Shown: positions 25,183 to 39,389 of the stretch, in pieces
How positions within the stretch are numbered: position 1 is the stretch's first letter
Layout of the letters: the number at the start of each line of letters is the position of its first letter
Origin: Lytechinus pictus
Taxonomy: Eukaryota
Assembly (NCBI RefSeq): GCF_037042905.1
Contig: NW_026974140.1
Location: 622,001-686,000 of the forward strand
Direction: 5' to 3'
DNA: 64,000 nucleotides
Translations under genes and position numbers: made by a program
The notes under the pieces: model-generated
The model's database searches: none
Told to the model about the DNA's origin: nothing
Seen by the model: the letters and a program-made list of their open reading frames with translations, nothing else

Positions 25183-27660
25183 ATACAATATAGGAAGCAC
25201 TACGGCAGAGCTCTGCCACCTAAGAACGTATATACAAGAGTTGAAATAATTACATATAAATAATGAATGATTACATACAAATGAATAAAGAGCAAACCCA
25301 AAATATGCCTACGGATCTGTATCAATAATAAAAGATCTAATGTGTATTACTATTGGCATGGTAAATCACTCCATTAACTCCATGTATTAACGCAGTAGGC
25401 CTAAAGTTGAATAGCCACGCCCTCCCTGATCAGATACGTGGATGTATGTGTGCAAGTGTAATAAATATGGATAATTGTGCGCATGGGCCTGTCCTAGGGA
25501 ATAATGAAGTTTGTTTCAAAAGCGCTTATCAATCAGCCTTGAATACCCGATCAGTCGCGCGTGTATTCAACATAAAGGGGCGTCAATCATGCATGGAATA
25601 GCCACGCCTCCTCTGATCAGGCAGCGCATGTACATGTGTGTATAGGCATACAAATTGAGTTTAGCTTATTTAACAAATCAATATAATTGGTATACACAGT
25701 GTGAAATCAACCCGTCCATTCCCCTATTGAACATTCAAGTCTTATATCATGATAGAGATTGATCATGCATGTATAACCCCGCCCACTCTGACCAGATACT
25801 TGGGTACCTGCGTGTTTTCATATTAGGACTGATTTGCAAAATAATAAGAAATTTTATAAAGCTCACATCCATCATGTCAATTACCAATGAAATAATCTAA
25901 ATTCCAGGCGTAGTAGTACTTGTTTAGGTATACGTTGACCATGCATGGAATAGCCACTCCCCCTCTGATCAGACACTACATGTGCATGGTGCATGCGGGG
26001 AACAAGATGTAATTAACATGTTAAACAAATCAATGCAATGACTATGCATATTGTAAATTCAACCCAATACATTAAAGGGAGGGGGAATCATCTAATCCTT
26101 GGGATGGCTGTTTACAGTGATTAACAAGATAATAAGACGATACAAAAAAATACGATAGAATGGTTTCCTATTAACTGAATGATGTAATCAACATGTTCAG
26201 TGGATCAATTAAATTGTCATTGTACATTGAGAATTCAATCCATTGTCCAATCAAGCATTTCAATGAGTATGGTTAAAAATAAATAAAGAATTCGTTACTA
26301 AGGTATTATCTGCCAGCATAAAAATGTCATTGAAATTCCAGGATGATTATTTTGGCGCACAAATTAAGATCATGAGAGAACAAGCCAAATAATTATACCT
26401 ATACGGTTCTTTAAAGCGAAAAAAATGTGTAGAATGCTTTTAACAAGAGTTATTCTTAATTCAGCATTTCAGGAGTGTAACAATAAACTACTCTGGACGG
26501 GCGTAGCCACTTCCCTTCCGATCGGATACTGCATGTAATTGGTGTATGCCGATAGACAAGTTGAAATTTACATATCAAACAAAATAAATGTTATTGGTTA
26601 CGCATATTGTAAAATCGGCCCAAGCCTTCCCTATCGAGCACTTCAGTCGAGTATAAAAACATGAATAATGGATATAGATTGATAATGCATGTGCAGGTAC
26701 AATACAATTCATCATGCATGAAGGAGCCATACCCTCCCTGATCAGACACGTGGATTCACAGTTTGATCATGTAAACATGGTAAAGGATAGCCACACCCCC
26801 TCTGATCAGACACTACATGTACATGGTGTATGCGGGTACACAAGTTTAACATTAACATAATAAATAAGTCATTGTAATCAGTTATGCATATTATAAAACC
26901 AACAAATGCCTCCGCGATCGAGCATTTCGATCAAGGATCATAATAGATAGAGATTGATCATGCATGTATACATGGTATAGTCACACCCTCTCTGACCAGA
27001 TACTTGAGAACATACGTGTTTTCATATTAGGATTGAACGCAAAATATTTTTTCTTACAAAGCTTCCATCAGTTATCAATTGAATACCCTGCATACCGGAT
27101 GAATCAGTAGAATACAAGGATAGGTATGCGTCTTGTATAATTATCAAGGATAGGAATAGCCACTCCCTCTGATCAGATAGTACGTGTACATGATGTAGGC
27201 CAATGCAGGCATACAAAGTGACAGGATGACTAAACGATACCAAGAAAATTTTGAGGATAAAGCGGTTTCCTAATGACTGAATGCATTCCGCATTATAATC
27301 AACATAATAGATCATTGTGAATTGTGAGAAGTATAGATTCATGCCTGTCCTAGCGAACATTTGAGTACGGCGTACACGCATGTGTAGCCACACCCTCACT
27401 GCTAACTTACAAGACGTTTTGGCGCATGCGTGTTTTCAATTATAGAGTTTGTGGTAAGGCTCGTACCTATACCATTAAAACATATATTGACGATAAGCCA
27501 CACCCCAATCTGATCAGAGAGTGATGTATATGTACATGAAAGCATGCACGCGTCAGTTCACGCATGACCAACGGTATTAACACAACAATCATAGAACGAC
27601 AATAGGGATTACATTTCAAACGAACCGTTTAAAATACTTGTGTTAATTACAGTCTCAATT

Positions 27661-29313
27661 TCAATCCTCAATTTCATGAGGATTGTCTTTTTTGAAAATT
27701 GGATTGACTTTGGCGATTTTGAATAAGTCAGGAAAAACTCCTTGTGATAATGATTTATTAAAAATGTTACTAAGAGGATTAGCAAGTGGGTGAATTATTT
27801 CTTTTAAAAGAGTCATACTAATTCTATCATGTCCATGCGATTTTGAACTGTTAAGAGACCGTGTAATATTGATAATTTCAGTCTGGTCCGTAGGGTTAAA
27901 AAATATAGAGTGTGGATTAGGTTCGGGGAGATAGTCGGTAAAACGCGCATTAGGGCTATTAATTTTGCTTGAAAGTTCGGGTCCGATATTTGTGAAAAAT
28001 GAATTAAATGAATTTGCTTGAAGGGAAGAGTCAATTTTAAAACCGTTAAGAGTCATATCATCAGTAGGAGGGGAATCTGTCTTTGTTCCCATTACCTCTT
28101 TAATGATTTTCCATGTTGCATTAGTGTTTGAACTGGCATTCTTTATTCTATTAGCGTAATACATTTTACGTGATATACGAATTAATTTTGTCAATTTGTT
28201 TCGGTATACTTTATATGTTTTTAAGTTAGCTTCGGACGGTTTGTGTAAATGTGACTTGTAAAGGCGATTACGTGTTTGTATTGATTTCAATATACCTTTT
28301 GTTATCCAGGGATGTTTGGGGGTCTTTTTTCGATTATTTTTCATTCTACCTATGGGGATATTCTTATCGTAATAATGTTGTAATTTATCATTAAAGCGAT
28401 TATAAGATGTGTTTGCTCCAACTTCATTATAGACATCCTCCCATTCCTCAATTGTTAAGTCTTGTTTCAATAATTCAATATTACGTTTAGATTCTCTTCT
28501 ATATGTATGTTGGTTAAATGTTTTGAGGTGTGGTAGTTTTAAATCACAAGTTAGAAATATTGGTAAGTGGTCTGAAACTTCAGAGCATAGAATTCCTCCT
28601 ATCATTTTGTTGTTCATGTTATGTACGTTGGAAAAAATGTTGTCAATTTGAGTTGATGAATTTTGGTTGATTCTAGTGGGATTATTTATGAATGAATTGA
28701 AGCCGAATGAGTACATTAGTTTCATGAAATTGTTTGATTTATTATTGTCGATTGAGGGTAAGAAATTGATATTAAAATCACCAATAATAAAACAGTTTTT
28801 ATTTTCATTACTTATTATATGGAGATATTGCTCTGTTTCCTCATAAAATGAATCAAAATTAAAACCTGGTGGTCTATAAATTAAACCTATGACGACATTT
28901 TTAAATTCTGTGTTTTCAATTTCAATAAACAAAGATTCAGCATGTAAAAGTTTCACGTCGGAACGGATCTTAAATTTCAGTTTTTCGGCAATATAGAAGG
29001 CTACCCCTCCGCCTCTTTTCCCTTTGCGGTCTGCCCTAATCAGCTTATAATCTGGTAAATTAAACAAATCTGGGGAATTTTCGTGTAACCATGTCTCGCT
29101 AATACCAATAACAGAAAATTTAAAATTGTTTAACGTGTGTAAGAGATTTTCAAAATATTCGAAGTTTCTATTCAGACTTCTTAAATTTGCATGTAAAAGA
29201 GAAATATCATCATGATTATTATTAAATATGTTATTAAATTCTTGAGGTGTGTAATATTTACTGTTGTGTGAATTTTCTATTAAATTATCAGGAATAAAAG
29301 AGAGTGAATCCAT
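27661..29313 (-). pseudogene. Truncated ORF2 copy (endonuclease plus linker, no RT core; 550 aa)
   Basis: Near-identical to the ORF2 N-terminal half; ends PHEIED* at the junction. Confidence 0.92.
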
Positions 29314-32300
29314 CAAAATTGATATAATGTAAAGTACCGGCGATTATGTAAGGGATATACTGCGAGCGTGCTTGTGGTGAAGGTGCGTGTGATAGTGATT
29401 GTGTGTATATTCATGTGTAACTGTGGTGCTGATGTGCAGTTAATATAAATGAAAAATATGTCTACAAAAATAACAAGACCCATCTTGGTCAGCATATACA
29501 ATATAGGAAGCACTACGGCAGAGCTCTGCCACCTAAGAACGTATATACAAGAGTTGAAATAATTACATATAAATAATGAATGATTACATACAAATGAATA
29601 AAGAGCAAACCCAAAATATGCCTACGGATCTGTATCAATAATAAAAGATCTAATGTGTATTACTATTGGCATGGTAAATCACTCCATTAACTCCATGTAT
29701 TAACGCAGTAGGCCTAAAGTTGAATAGCCACGCCCTCCCTGATCAGATACGTGGATGTATGTGTGCAAGTGTAATAAATATGGATAATTGTGCGCATGGG
29801 CCTGTCCTAGGGAATAATGAAGTTTGTTTCAAAAGCGCTTATCAATCAGCCTTGAATACCCGATCAGTCGCGCGTGTATTCAACATAAAGGGGCGTCAAT
29901 CATGCATGGAATAGCCACGCCTCCTCTGATCAGGCAGCGCATGTACATGTGTGTATAGGCATACAAATTGAGTTTAGCTTATTTAACAAATCAATATAAT
30001 TGGTATACACAGTGTGAAATCAACCCGTCCATTCCCCTATTGAACATTCAAGTCTTATATCATGATAGAGATTGATCATGCATGTATAACCCCGCCCACT
30101 CTGACCAGATACTTGGGTACCTGCGTGTTTTCATATTAGGACTGATTTGCAAAATAATAAGAAATTTTATAAAGCTCACATCCATCATGTCAATTACCAA
30201 TGAAATAATCTAAATTCCAGGCGTAGTAGTACTTGTTTAGGTATACGTTGACCATGCATGGAATAGCCACTCCCCCTCTGATCAGACACTACATGTGCAT
30301 GGTGCATGCGGGGAACAAGATGTAATTAACATGTTAAACAAATCAATGCAATGACTATGCATATTGTAAATTCAACCCAATACATTAAAGGGAGGGGGAA
30401 TCATCTAATCCTTGGGATGGCTGTTTACAGTGATTAACAAGATAATAAGACGATACAAAAAAATACGATAGAATGGTTTCCTATTAACTGAATGATGTAA
30501 TCAACATGTTCAGTGGATCAATTAAATTGTCATTGTACATTGAGAATTCAATCCATTGTCCAATCAAGCATTTCAATGAGTATGGTTAAAAATAAATAAA
30601 GAATTCGTTACTAAGGTATTATCTGCCAGCATAAAAATGTCATTGAAATTCCAGGATGATTATTTTGGCGCACAAATTAAGATCATGAGAGAACAAGCCA
30701 AATAATTATACCTATACGGTTCTTTAAAGCGAAAAAAATGTGTAGAATGCTTTTAACAAGAGTTATTCTTAATTCAGCATTTCAGGAGTGTAACAATAAA
30801 CTACTCTGGACGGGCGTAGCCACTTCCCTTCCGATCGGATACTGCATGTAATTGGTGTATGCCGATAGACAAGTTGAAATTTACATATCAAACAAAATAA
30901 ATGTTATTGGTTACGCATATTGTAAAATCGGCCCAAGCCTTCCCTATCGAGCACTTCAGTCGAGTATAAAAACATGAATAATGGATATAGATTGATAATG
31001 CATGTGCAGGTACAATACAATTCATCATGCATGAAGGAGCCATACCCTCCCTGATCAGACACGTGGATTCACAGTTTGATCATGTAAACATGGTAAAGGA
31101 TAGCCACACCCCCTCTGATCAGACACTACATGTACATGGTGTATGCGGGTACACAAGTTTAACATTAACATAATAAATAAGTCATTGTAATCAGTTATGC
31201 ATATTATAAAACCAACAAATGCCTCCGCGATCGAGCATTTCGATCAAGGATCATAATAGATAGAGATTGATCATGCATGTATACATGGTATAGTCACACC
31301 CTCTCTGACCAGATACTTGAGAACATACGTGTTTTCATATTAGGATTGAACGCAAAATATTTTTTCTTACAAAGCTTCCATCAGTTATCAATTGAATACC
31401 CTGCATACCGGATGAATCAGTAGAATACAAGGATAGGTATGCGTCTTGTACAATTATCAAGGATAGGAATAGCCACTCCCTCTGATCAGATAGTACGTGT
31501 ACATGATGTAGGCCAATGCAGGCATACAAAGTGACAGGATGACTAAACGATACCAAGAAAATTTTGAGGATAAAGCGGTTTCCTAATGACTGAATGCATT
31601 CCGCATTATAATCAACATAATAGATCATTGTGAATTGTGAGAAGTATAGATTCATGCCTGTCCTAGCGAACATTTGAGTACGGCGTACACGCATGTGTAG
31701 CCACACCCTCACTGCTAACTTACAAGACGTTTTGGCGCATGCGTGTTTTCAATTATAGAGTTTGTGGTAAGGCTCGTACCTATACCATTAAAACATATAT
31801 TGACGATAAGCCACACCCCAATCTGATCAGAGAGTGATGTATATGTACATGAGAGCATGCAAGCGTAAGTTCATGCATGACCAACGGTATCCACAACAAG
31901 CATAGCCCAACAGTGATTTTACATTTCAAACGAACCGTTTAAAATACTTGTGTTAATTACAGTCTCATTCATTGCTCGATCAAGCAAATGGGATTACATT
32001 TCCAGCGAATTGGTTGAAATAGTTGAGATGGTGAACTATAAATAATGCAATTACCACAAGAATATGATAATACCTCTGGTCTGCAGTACTAAGGTTTGTA
32101 AAGATTATAGAGGTACTTAACTGATGCAAAAGAAAACCCTGACAAATTAGAGATAAGTAGTAATCAATCGAGTGAAATTATTCAGCATTGAGAATATTTT
32201 TTAACATAATTGTCATATGAGTCGCTTACACGCATGCGTAGCCACACCCTCACTGACAAGACCTTATGACGCATGCGTGTTTTCAATTATAGAGTTTATG

Positions 32301-32496
32301 GCAAAGCTCGTATACCATTCAAACATAAATTAGCCATGTGTAAGCCACATATCACTCTGATCAGACAGTGATGTAAAGCAGGCACGCGTCAGTTCACGCA
32401 TGACCAACGGTATTAACACAACAATCATAGAACGACAATAGGGATTACATTTCAAACGAACCGTTTAAAATACTTGTGTTAATTACAGTCTCAATT

Positions 32497-34147
32497 TCAA
32501 TCCTCAATTTCATGAGGATTGTCTTTTTTGAAAATTGGATTGACTTTGGCGATTTTGAATAAGTCAGGAAAAACTCCTTGTGATAATGATTTATTAAAAA
32601 TGTTACTAAGAGGATTAGCAAGTGGGTGAATTATTTCTTTTAAAAGAGTCATACTAATTCTATCATGTCCATGCGATTTTGAACTGTTAAGAGACCGTGT
32701 AATATTGATAATTTCAGTTGGGTCCGTAGGGTTAAAAAATATAGAGTGTGGATTAGGTTCGGGGAGATAGTCGGTAAAACGCGCATTAGGGCTATTAATT
32801 TTGCTTGAAAGTTCGGGTCCGATATTTGTGAAAAATGAATTAAATGAATTTGCTTGAAGGGAAGAGTCAATTTTAAAACCGTTAAGAGTCATATCATCAG
32901 TAGGAGGGGAATCTGTCTTTGTTCCCATTACCTCTTTAATGATTTTCCATGTTGCATTAGTGTTTGAACTGGCATTCTTTATTCTATTAGCGTAATACAT
33001 TTTACGTGATATACGAATTAATTTTGTCAATTTGTTTCGGTATACTTTATATGTTTTTAAGTTAGCTTCGGACGGTTTGTGTAAATGTGACTTGTAAAGG
33101 CGATTACGTGTTTGTATTGATTTCAATATACCTTTTGTTATCCAGGGATGTTTGGGGGTCTTTTTTCGATTATTTTTCATTCTACCTATGGGGATATTCT
33201 TATCGTAATAATGTTGTAATTTATCATTAAAGCGATTATAAGATGTGTTTGCTCCAACTTCATTATAGACATCCTCCCATTCCTCAATTGTTAAGTCTTG
33301 TTTCAATAATTCAATTACGTTTAGATTCTCTTCTATATGTATGTTGGTTAAATGTTTTGAGGTGTGGTAGTTTTAAATCACAAGTTAGAAATATTGGTAA
33401 GTGGTCTGAAACTTCAGAGCATAGAATTCCTCCTATCATTTTGTTGTTCATGTTATGTACGTTGGAAAAAATGTTGTCAATTTGAGTTGATGAATTTTGG
33501 TTGATTCTAGTGGGATTATTTATGAATGAATTGAAGCCGAATGAGTACATTAGTTTCATGAAATTGTTTGATTTATTATTGTCGATTGAGGGTAAGAAAT
33601 TGATATTAAAATCACCAATAATAAAACAGTTTTTATTTTCATTACTTATTATATGGAGATATTGCTCTGTTTCCTCATAAAATGAATCAAAATTAAAACC
33701 TGGTGGTCTATAAATTAAACCTATGACGACATTTTTAAATTCTGTGTTTTCAATTTCAATAAACAAAGATTCAGCATGTAAAAGTTTCACGTCGGAACGG
33801 ATCTTAAATTTCAGTTTTTCGGCAATATAGAAGGCTACCCCTCCGCCTCTTTTCCCTTTGCGGTCTGCCCTAATCAGCTTATAATCTGGTAAATTAAACA
33901 AATCTGGGGAATTTTCGTGTAACCATGTCTCGCTAATACCAATAACAGAAAATTTAAAATTGTTTAACGTGTGTAAGAGATTTTCAAAATATTCGAAGTT
34001 TCTATTCAGACTTCTTAAATTTGCATGTAAAAGAGAAATATCATCATGATTATTATTAAATATGTTATTAAATTCTTGAGGTGTGTAATATTTACTGTTG
34101 CGTGAATTTTCTATTAAATTATCAGGAATAAAAGAGAGTGAATCCAT
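32497..34147 (-). pseudogene. Truncated ORF2 copy with a 2-bp deletion frameshift at ~33314
   Basis: TCAATTACG here versus TCAATATTACG in the other copies; split into 279-aa and 269-aa ORFs. Confidence 0.92.
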
Positions 34148-37100
34148 CAAAATTGATATAATGTAAAGTACCGGCGATTATGTAAGGGATATACTGCGAG
34201 CGTGCTTGTGGTGAAGGTGCGTGTGATAGTGATTGTGTGTATATCCATGTGTAACTGTGGTGCTGATGTGCAGTTAATATAAATGAAAAATATGTCTACA
34301 AAAATAACAAGACCCATCTTGGTCAGCATATACAATATAGGAAGCACTACGGCAGAGCTCTGCCACCTAAGAACGTATATACAAGAGTTGAAATAATTAC
34401 ATATAAATAATGAATGATTACATACAAATGAATAAAGAGCAAACCCAAAATATGCCTACGGATCTGTATCAATAATAAAAGATCTAATGTGTATTACTAT
34501 TGGCATGGTAAATCACTCCATTAACTCCATGTATTAACGCAGTAGGCCTAAAGTTGAATAGCCACGCCCTCCCTGATCAGATACGTGGATGTATGTGTGC
34601 AAGTGTAATAAATATGGATAATTGTGCGCATGGGCCTGTCCTAGGGAATAATGAAGTTTGTTTCAAAAGCGCTTATCAATCAGCCTTGAATACCCGATCA
34701 GTCGCGCGTGTATTCAACATAAAGGGGCGTCAATCATGCATGGAATAGCCACGCCTCCTCTGATCAGGCAGCGCATGTACATGTGTGTATAGGCATACAA
34801 ATTGAGTTTAGCTTATTTAACAAATCAATATAATTGGTATACACAGTGTGAAATCAACCCGTCCATTCCCCTATTGAACATTCAAGTCTTATATCATGAT
34901 AGAGATTGATCATGCATGTATAACCCCGCCCACTCTGACCAGATACTTGGGTACCTGCGTGTTTTCATATTAGGACTGATTTGCAAAATAATAAGAAATT
35001 TTATAAAGCTCACATCCATCATGTCAATTACCAATGAAATAATCTAAATTCCAGGCGTAGTAGTACTTGTTTAGGTATACGTTGACCATGCATGGAATAG
35101 CCACTCCCCCTCTGATCAGACACTACATGTGCATGGTGCATGCGGGGAACAAGATGTAATTAACATGTTAAACAAATCAATGCAATGACTATGCATATTG
35201 TAAATTCAACCCAATACATTAAAGGGAGGGGGAATCATCTAATCCTTGGGATGGCTGTTTACAGTGATTAACAAGATAATAAGACGATACAAAAAAATAC
35301 GATAGAATGGTTTCCTATTAACTGAATGATGTAATCAACATGTTCAGTGGATCAATTAAATTGTCATTGTACATTGAGAATTCAATCCATTGTCCAATCA
35401 AGCATTTCAATGAGTATGGTTAAAAATAAATAAAGAATTCGTTACTAAGGTATTATCTGCCAGCATAAAAATGTCATTGAAATTCCAGGATGATTATTTT
35501 GGCGCACAAATTAAGATCATGAGAGAACAAGCCAAATAATTATACCTATACGGTTCTTTAAAGCGAAAAAAATGTGTAGAATGCTTTTAACAAGAGTTAT
35601 TCTTAATTCAGCATTTCAGGAGTGTAACAATAAACTACTCTGGACGGGCGTAGCCACTTCCCTTCCGATCGGATACTGCATGTAATTGGTGTATGCCGAT
35701 AGACAAGTTGAAATTTACATATCAAACAAAATAAATGTTATTGGTTACGCATATTGTAAAATCGGCCCAAGCCTTCCCTATCGAGCACTTCAGTCGAGTA
35801 TAAAAACATGAATAATGGATATAGATTGATAATGCATGTGCAGGTACAATACAATTCATCATGCATGAAGGAGCCATACCCTCCCTGATCAGACACGTGG
35901 ATTCACAGTTTGATCATGTAAACATGGTAAAGGATAGCCACACCCCCTCTGATCAGACACTACATGTACATGGTGTATGCGGGTACACAAGTTTAACATT
36001 AACATAATAAATAAGTCATTGTAATCAGTTATGCATATTATAAAACCAACAAATGCCTCCGCGATCGAGCATTTCGATCAAGGATCATAATAGATAGAGA
36101 TTGATCATGCATGTATACATGGTATAGTCACACCCTCTCTGACCAGATACTTGAGAACATACGTGTTTTCATATTAGGATTGAACGCAAAATATTTTTTC
36201 TTACAAAGCTTCCATCAGTTATCAATTGAATACCCTGCATACCGGATGAATCAGTAGAATACAAGGATAGGTATGCGTCTTGTATAATTATCAAGGATAG
36301 GAATAGCCACTCCCTCTGATCAGATAGTACGTGTACATGATGTAGGCCAATGCAGGCATACAAAGTGACAGGATGACTAAACGATACCAAGAAAATTTTG
36401 AGGATAAAGCGGTTTCCTAATGACTGAATGCATTCCGCATTATAATCAACATAATAGATCATTGTGAATTGTGAGAAGTATAGATTCATGCCTGTCCTAG
36501 CGAACATTTGAGTACGGCGTACACGCATGTGTAGCCACACCCTCACTGCTAACTTACAAGACGTTTTGGCGCATGCGTGTTTTCAATTATAGAGTTTGTG
36601 GTAAGGCTCGTACCTATACCATTAAAACATATATTGACGATAAGCCACACCCCAATCTGATCAGAGAGTGATGTATATGTACATGAAAGCATGCAAGCGT
36701 AAGTTCATGCATGACCAACGGTATCCACAACAAGCATAGCCCAACAGTGATTTTACATTTCAAACGAACCGTTTAAAATACTTGTGTTAATTACAGTCTC
36801 ATTCATTGCTCGATCAAGCAAATGGGATTACATTTCCAGCGAATTGGTTAAAATAGTTGAGATGGTGAACTATAAATAATGCAATTACCACAAGAATATG
36901 ATAATACCTCTGGTCTGCAGTACTAAGGTTTGTAAAGATTATAGAGGTACTTAACTGATGCAAAAGAAAACCCTGACAAATTAGAGATAAGTAGTAATCA
37001 ATCGAGTGAAATTATTCAGCATTGAGAATATTTTTTAACATAATTGTCATATGAGTCGCTTACACGCATGCGTAGCCACACCCTCACTGACAAGACCTTA

Positions 37101-37330
37101 TGACGCATGCGTGTTTTCAATTATAGAGTTTATGGCAAAGCTCGTATACCATTCAAACATAAATTAGCCATGTGTAAGCCACATATCACTCTGATCAGAC
37201 AGTGATGTAAAGCAGGCACGCGTCAGTTCACGCATGACCAACGGTATTAACACAACAATCATAGAACGACAATAGGGATTACATTTCAAACGAACCGTTT
37301 AAAATACTTGTGTTAATTACAGTCTCAATT

Positions 37331-38983
37331 TCAATCCTCAATTTCATGAGGATTGTCTTTTTTGAAAATTGGATTGACTTTGGCGATTTTGAATAAGTCA
37401 GGAAAAACTCCTTGTGATAATGATTTATTAAAAATGTTACTAAGAGGATTAGCAAGTGGGTGAATTATTTCTTTTAAAAGAGTCATACTAATTCTATCAT
37501 GTCCATGCGATTTTGAACTGTTAAGAGACCGTGTAATATTGATAATTTCAGTTGGGTCCGTAGGGTTAAAAAATATAGAGTGTGGATTAGGTTCGGGGAG
37601 ATAGTCGGTAAAACGCGCATTAGGGCTATTAATTTTGCTTGAAAGTTCGGGTCCGATATTTGTGAAAAATGAATTAAATGAATTTGCTTGAAGGGAAGAG
37701 TCAATTTTAAAACCGTTAAGAGTCATATCATCAGTAGGAGGGGAATCTGTCTTTGTTCCCATTACCTCTTTAATGATTTTCCATGTTGCATTAGTGTTTG
37801 AACTGGCATTCTTTATTCTATTAGCGTAATACATTTTACGTGATATACGAATTAATTTTGTCAATTTGTTTCGGTATACTTTATATGTTTTTAAGTTAGC
37901 TTCGGACGGTTTGTGTAAATGTGACTTGTAAAGGCGATTACGTGTTTGTATTGATTTCAATATACCTTTTGTTATCCAGGGATGTTTGGGGGTCTTTTTT
38001 CGATTATTTTTCATTCTACCTATGGGGATATTCTTATCGTAATAATGTTGTAATTTATCATTAAAGCGATTATAAGATGTGTTTGCTCCAACTTCATTAT
38101 AGACATCCTCCCATTCCTCAATTGTTAAGTCTTGTTTCAATAATTCAATATTACGTTTAGATTCTCTTCTATATGTATGTTGGTTAAATGTTTTGAGGTG
38201 TGGTAGTTTTAAATCACAAGTTAGAAATATTGGTAAGTGGTCTGAAACTTCAGAGCATAGAATTCCTCCTATCATTTTGTTGTTCATGTTATGTACGTTG
38301 GAAAAAATGTTGTCAATTTGAGTTGATGAATTTTGGTTGATTCTAGTGGGATTATTTATGAATGAATTGAAGCCGAATGAGTACATTAGTTTCATGAAAT
38401 TGTTTGATTTATTATTGTCGATTGAGGGTAAGAAATTGATATTAAAATCACCAATAATAAAACAGTTTTTATTTTCATTACTTATTATATGGAGATATTG
38501 CTCTGTTTCCTCATAAAATGAATCAAAATTAAAACCTGGTGGTCTATAAATCAAACCTATGACGACATTTTTAAATTCTGTGTTTTCAATTTCAATAAAC
38601 AAAGATTCAGCATGTAAAAGTTTCACGTCGGAACGGATCTTAAATTTCAGTTTTTCGGCAATATAGAAGGCTACCCCTCCGCCTCTTTTCCCTTTGCGGT
38701 CTGCCCTAATCAGCTTATAATCTGGTAAATTAAACAAATCTGGGGAATTTTCGTGTAACCATGTCTCGCTAATACCAATAACAGAAAATTTAAAATTGTT
38801 TAACGTGTGTAAGAGATTTTCAAAATATTCGAAGTTTCTATTCAGACTTCTTAAATTTGCATGTAAAAGAGAAATATCATCATGATTATTATTAAATATG
38901 TTATTAAATTCTTGAGGTGTGTAATATTTACTGTTGCGTGAATTTTCTATTAAATTATCAGGAATAAAAGAGAGTGAATCCAT
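37331..38983 (-). pseudogene. Truncated ORF2 copy (endonuclease plus linker, no RT core; 550 aa)
   Basis: Same structure as the copy at 27661-29313. Confidence 0.92.
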
Positions 38984-39389
38984 CAAAATTGATATAATGT
39001 AAAGTACCGGCGATTATGTAAGGGATATACTGCGAGCGTGCTTGTGGTGAAGGTGCGTGTGATAGTGATTGTGTGTATATTCATGTGTAACTGTGGTGCT
39101 GATGTGCAGTTAATATAAATGAAAAATATGTCTACAAAAATAACAAGACCCATCTTGGTCAGCATATACAATATAGGAAGCACTACGGCAGAGCTCTGCC
39201 ACCTAAGAACGTATATACAAGAGTTGAAATAATTACATATAAATAATGAATGATTACATACAAATGAATAAAGAGCAAACCCAAAATATGCCTACGGATC
39301 TGTATCAATAATAAAAGATCTAATGTGTATTACTATTGGCATGGTAAATCACTCCATTAACTCCATGTATTAACGCAGTAGGCCTAAAG

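Noticed and set aside
27022..27399. 125-aa spacer ORF and the 64-aa plus-strand ORF, each repeated four times
   Set aside because: The recurrence comes only from the tandem duplication; no recognisable domain; non-ATG starts.
25400..27520. Spacer motif array as a CRISPR array or ribozyme array
   Set aside because: Eukaryotic LINE context, degenerate repeats, long irregular and mutually related spacers, no cas genes. CTGATCAGA is not the hammerhead CUGANGA/GAAA core.
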